Source of the DNA: Acidimicrobiales bacterium
GTDB lineage: Bacteria > Actinomycetota > Acidimicrobiia > Acidimicrobiales > RAAP-2
DNA length: 64,000 nt
Reading direction: 5' to 3'
NCBI GenBank assembly: GCA_052148295.1
Contig: JBKQIP010000174.1
Location: forward strand, 16,256-80,255
This document shows positions 61,462 to 64,000 of this stretch, one piece after another. The translations under genes were made by a program, and so were the position numbers. The notes under the pieces were generated by a model that did no database searches, was not told the DNA's origin, and worked only from the letters and a program-made list of their open reading frames with translations. The first letter of the stretch is position 1. Each line of letters begins with the position of its first letter.

Positions 61462-61785
61462 TCAGCGTCGCCCTCCCCGGTAGAGCACCGTGACGAAGGG
61501 GAGCTCGGCCGATCCACCGAACTTCTCCCACACGATCCGTTCCATGGTTTCCAGCACGAACTTCTGCGTGTCCTCGGGCAGCCGCCGGACACCGATGAGC
61601 GAGGCATAGAGGGAACGAACGGCCCGGGGCGACATGCGTGCCGTCCACTGGATGCGTTCACTCTCGACGTGCTCGAGCCCGGCCAGCTGCCTGAGGTCCG
61701 CCCGTCGCTGTGCCTCGTCGAGCTGAAACCGCGACGCCGACCGCGGTCGTCCCCTACCTCCCCGTCGATCGACCCAAGATGACCA
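61462..61785 (-). pseudogene. C-terminal remnant of a class I SAM-dependent methyltransferase-like gene
   Basis: Hand-translated open frame of 107 codons with no ATG/GTG/TTG before codon 51. It reads ...FQLDEAQRRADLRQLAGLEHVESERIQWTARMSPRAVRSLYASLIGVRRLPEDTQKFVLETMERIVWEKFGGSAELPFVTVLYRGGRR-stop. The W...Y..L......LPE...........GG....P..T.LY..R pattern resembles the tail of actinobacterial methyltransferases. No Rossmann/SAM-binding part is present. Confidence 0.35.
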
Positions 61786-62790
61786 TCAGCTGGTGGGGGG
61801 TCGGCTCGCCCCACGTGCGGGTGCAGCGGCGGCGCGCACCGCGGGGAGGACCCGGGTGGCGACGTACTCGAGGCGCTCGGACGCACTCTCGAGCCGCTCG
61901 CCGGGGAAGAGCGTCCACGAGAAGCAGTCGACCACGGGTCCGGTGGCGACGAGCCGGCGCAGCTCTGCCGCGGCGCCATCGGCGTCGAGCAGGCGGTAGA
62001 AGCCGAGATCGACGAGCTGTCGGGCCTCGGTGAGAGGGGCCGCGTCGCCGAACATGCCGAACGCGGCGTAGGCGTTGACCTGGTACAGGAGGTGGGGGGC
62101 GATGGCCGCGAACGCGCGCTCGGGGTCGTCCGCGACCACCCACTGGCACCCGAGGGCCACCTGGCCGTCGTCCTGCCCGAGGGCGCGGCGACCGTCGACG
62201 TAGAGGCCGATCTGGTCGGGCAGGACGCAGAGGAATCCGTCGGCCAATCGGGCCGCCCGCTCGACGGCGGGACGGGAGAGGGCCCCGATCCACAGCTCCG
62301 GACCGCCCGCTCGAACGGGTCGGGGCGCGACACGGACCCCGTCCACCTTCTCGCCGCGCAATGCCTGTCGCAGCGTGGCCAGTGCGGCCTCAAAACGCGG
62401 CCGCCGTTCGGCCAGCGCTGTCCCGAAGGGGAGGAAGTCGGCTTCGCGGTAGCCCATGCCGACACCCAGGCGGAGGCGGCCTCCCGACAGGGCGTCGACG
62501 GTGAGCGCCTCCTCGGCCAGCCGCAGTGGGTGATGGATGGGCAGCACGACGACGTTGGTGCCCAACAGCATCCGCTCGGTGCGGGCCGCCAGGGCGGCCG
62601 CCAACGTGAGCGTCGACGATGCGTAGGCGTCGTCGACGAAGTGATGCTCGGAGATCCACACCGACCCGAACCCGAGTTGTTCGGCCCAGGTGACCTGCTC
62701 GAGAATCCCGGCCCAGCGGCGATGGAGAGCGGCCGGATCGGGATCGGTGCAGCGGAAGTCGTAGTACAGGCCGAACGTCAGGTCCGTCAC
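61786..62790 (-). CDS. LLM-class (luciferase-like) flavin-dependent oxidoreductase
   Basis: The N-terminus FGLYYDF...LGFGSVWISEHHF and the block LRLGVGMGY are typical of the family. Confidence 0.85.
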   Translation of the reverse strand: MTDLTFGLYYDFRCTDPDPAALHRRWAGILEQVTWAEQLGFGSVWISEHHFVDDAYASSTLTLAAALAARTERMLLGTNVVVLPIHHPLRLAEEALTVDALSGGRLRLGVGMGYREADFLPFGTALAERRPRFEAALATLRQALRGEKVDGVRVAPRPVRAGGPELWIGALSRPAVERAARLADGFLCVLPDQIGLYVDGRRALGQDDGQVALGCQWVVADDPERAFAAIAPHLLYQVNAYAAFGMFGDAAPLTEARQLVDLGFYRLLDADGAAAELRRLVATGPVVDCFSWTLFPGERLESASERLEYVATRVLPAVRAAAAPARGASRPPTS

Positions 62791-62842
62791 GCTCCCATCA
62801 TGCCCAGTTGACGAGGTCGATGCGTTCGGTGAGCATGGATCC

Positions 62843-63994
62843 GTGGCATCACTCGCCCCGAGCTTCCTTTACGATCCGTCGACCCTCGAGTTCCAGGAGG
62901 CGATCTGGGACGTCTACCGCACCATGCGCGACGAGCACCCGGTCTACCGCGATCCCGGCGGCGCGTTCTTCGCCCTGTCCCGCTTCGAGGACGTCTCGGA
63001 AGCGGCGCGTGACTGGGAGACGTTCTCGAGCATCGTGCCCGAAGCGACGTCGCTGCTACCCCAGATGATCTTCATGGACCCGCCGCGACACACCGCGCTG
63101 CGCCGGCTCGTCTCGCACGCCTTCACCCCCCGGCGCCTGGCCCAGGTCGAGCCCTTCGTCCGGGAGACGTCCCGTGACCTGATCGCCCACGTGGCGGAGC
63201 GCGGCGTCTGCGACGCGCAGCACGAGTTCGCCGCCGTCGTTCCCAGCTTGGCCATCGCCAGGCTGATCGGTGTGCCCCCCGAGCACATCGGGGATTTCCG
63301 GTCCTGGACGAGGTCGTTCATCGAGATCACGGGCAAGGACGACTATGCCGAGGCGGCCGCCAACATCTACGGCCTGTTCGCCGAGCTCCTGACCGAGCGG
63401 CGCCGCGCCCCCGCTGGTGACCTCATGACGGCCTTGCTCGACGCCGAGGTCGACGGGCAGAGGCTCAGTGACGACGAGCTCCTCGGCTTCTGCCTCCTGC
63501 TCATTCTGGCCGGCAACGACACCACCTCGAGCCTGATCGGCAGTGGCATCGCGCTCCTCGCCCGCGACCCCGTCCAGCGGGCGCGCCTGCTCGCCGACCC
63601 CTCGCTGTGGCCCAACGCCGTCGAGGAGCTCAATCGCGTCGAGTCACCGACCCAGGCGCTGTCGAGGACCCTGACCCGTGAAGTCGCCCTCCACGGCGTG
63701 ACCATCCCGGCGGGCTCCCGGGTCATGCTGCTCTGGGGCGCAGCCAACCACGATGAGCGTGAGTTCCCCGACCCGGAGCGATTCGACGTCACCCGGCAGT
63801 TCTCGCGACATCTTGCCTTCAGCCACGGCGTGCACTTCTGCCTGGGCGCCAACCTGGCCCGCATCGAAGCCCGTGCCGCGCTCGAGGAATGGCACGCTCG
63901 CTTTCCCGAGTACGAGCTGGACGGTGAGCCGGTGCGGGCCCGGTCGATGTGGGCTCGGGCGCACCGTCTCATCCCGGTGCGCGTCCAGCCTTGA
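62843..63994 (+). CDS. Cytochrome P450
   Basis: I-helix LILAGNDTT, ExxR EELNRV, heme-binding loop FSHGVHFCLGANLAR. Confidence 0.92.
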   Translation: MASLAPSFLYDPSTLEFQEAIWDVYRTMRDEHPVYRDPGGAFFALSRFEDVSEAARDWETFSSIVPEATSLLPQMIFMDPPRHTALRRLVSHAFTPRRLAQVEPFVRETSRDLIAHVAERGVCDAQHEFAAVVPSLAIARLIGVPPEHIGDFRSWTRSFIEITGKDDYAEAAANIYGLFAELLTERRRAPAGDLMTALLDAEVDGQRLSDDELLGFCLLLILAGNDTTSSLIGSGIALLARDPVQRARLLADPSLWPNAVEELNRVESPTQALSRTLTREVALHGVTIPAGSRVMLLWGAANHDEREFPDPERFDVTRQFSRHLAFSHGVHFCLGANLARIEARAALEEWHARFPEYELDGEPVRARSMWARAHRLIPVRVQP

Positions 63995-64000
63995 TCTCGG

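Overview
High-GC (~70%) chromosomal segment with actinobacterial hallmarks: glnX-glnH-pknG, a mycothiol-type DinB/MDMPI enzyme, a DesA3-like desaturase plus reductase pair, many GTG starts and 4-nt start/stop overlaps. I support about 58 protein-coding loci, two of them remnants plus one internally deleted gene still called as CDS. I saw no rRNA, tRNA, CRISPR array, transposase or integrase. Many long ORFs in the track are antisense or out-of-frame shadows typical of GC-rich DNA and were rejected.

Layout:
- 0-9 kb is a signalling block. It holds an FtsX permease that runs off the left edge and is absent from the track, a NarL-type regulator, a lone receiver, a multi-TM GAF histidine kinase, an orphan MacB-type ATPase, a REC-HTH-adenylate cyclase, and a divergent cNMP-binding protein.
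- 9-16 kb is metabolism plus a CydDC-like exporter.
- 16.4-26.2 kb is the most interesting locus. Seven same-strand, start/stop-coupled genes read glnX, glnH, an unknown helical protein, pknG, a Zn-ribbon PP2C phosphatase, a vWA protein and a Zn-ribbon-FHA-SARP regulator. This joins the PknG amino-acid sensor to a vWA/PP2C/kinase triad and a dedicated FHA transcription factor.
- 26-64 kb is housekeeping plus carbohydrate and lipid genes: Nudix, PhzF, aminotransferase, S1P-lyase-like PLP enzyme, desaturase pair, GH13, ettA, GH5 endoglycoceramidase-like, GH15, GT2-GT4 fusion, P450. It also has a 7x Cys-pair repeat lipoprotein coupled to an Lrp regulator, and a decay patch at 58.7-61.8 kb.

All functional calls come from motif recognition by eye. 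No database search was run.
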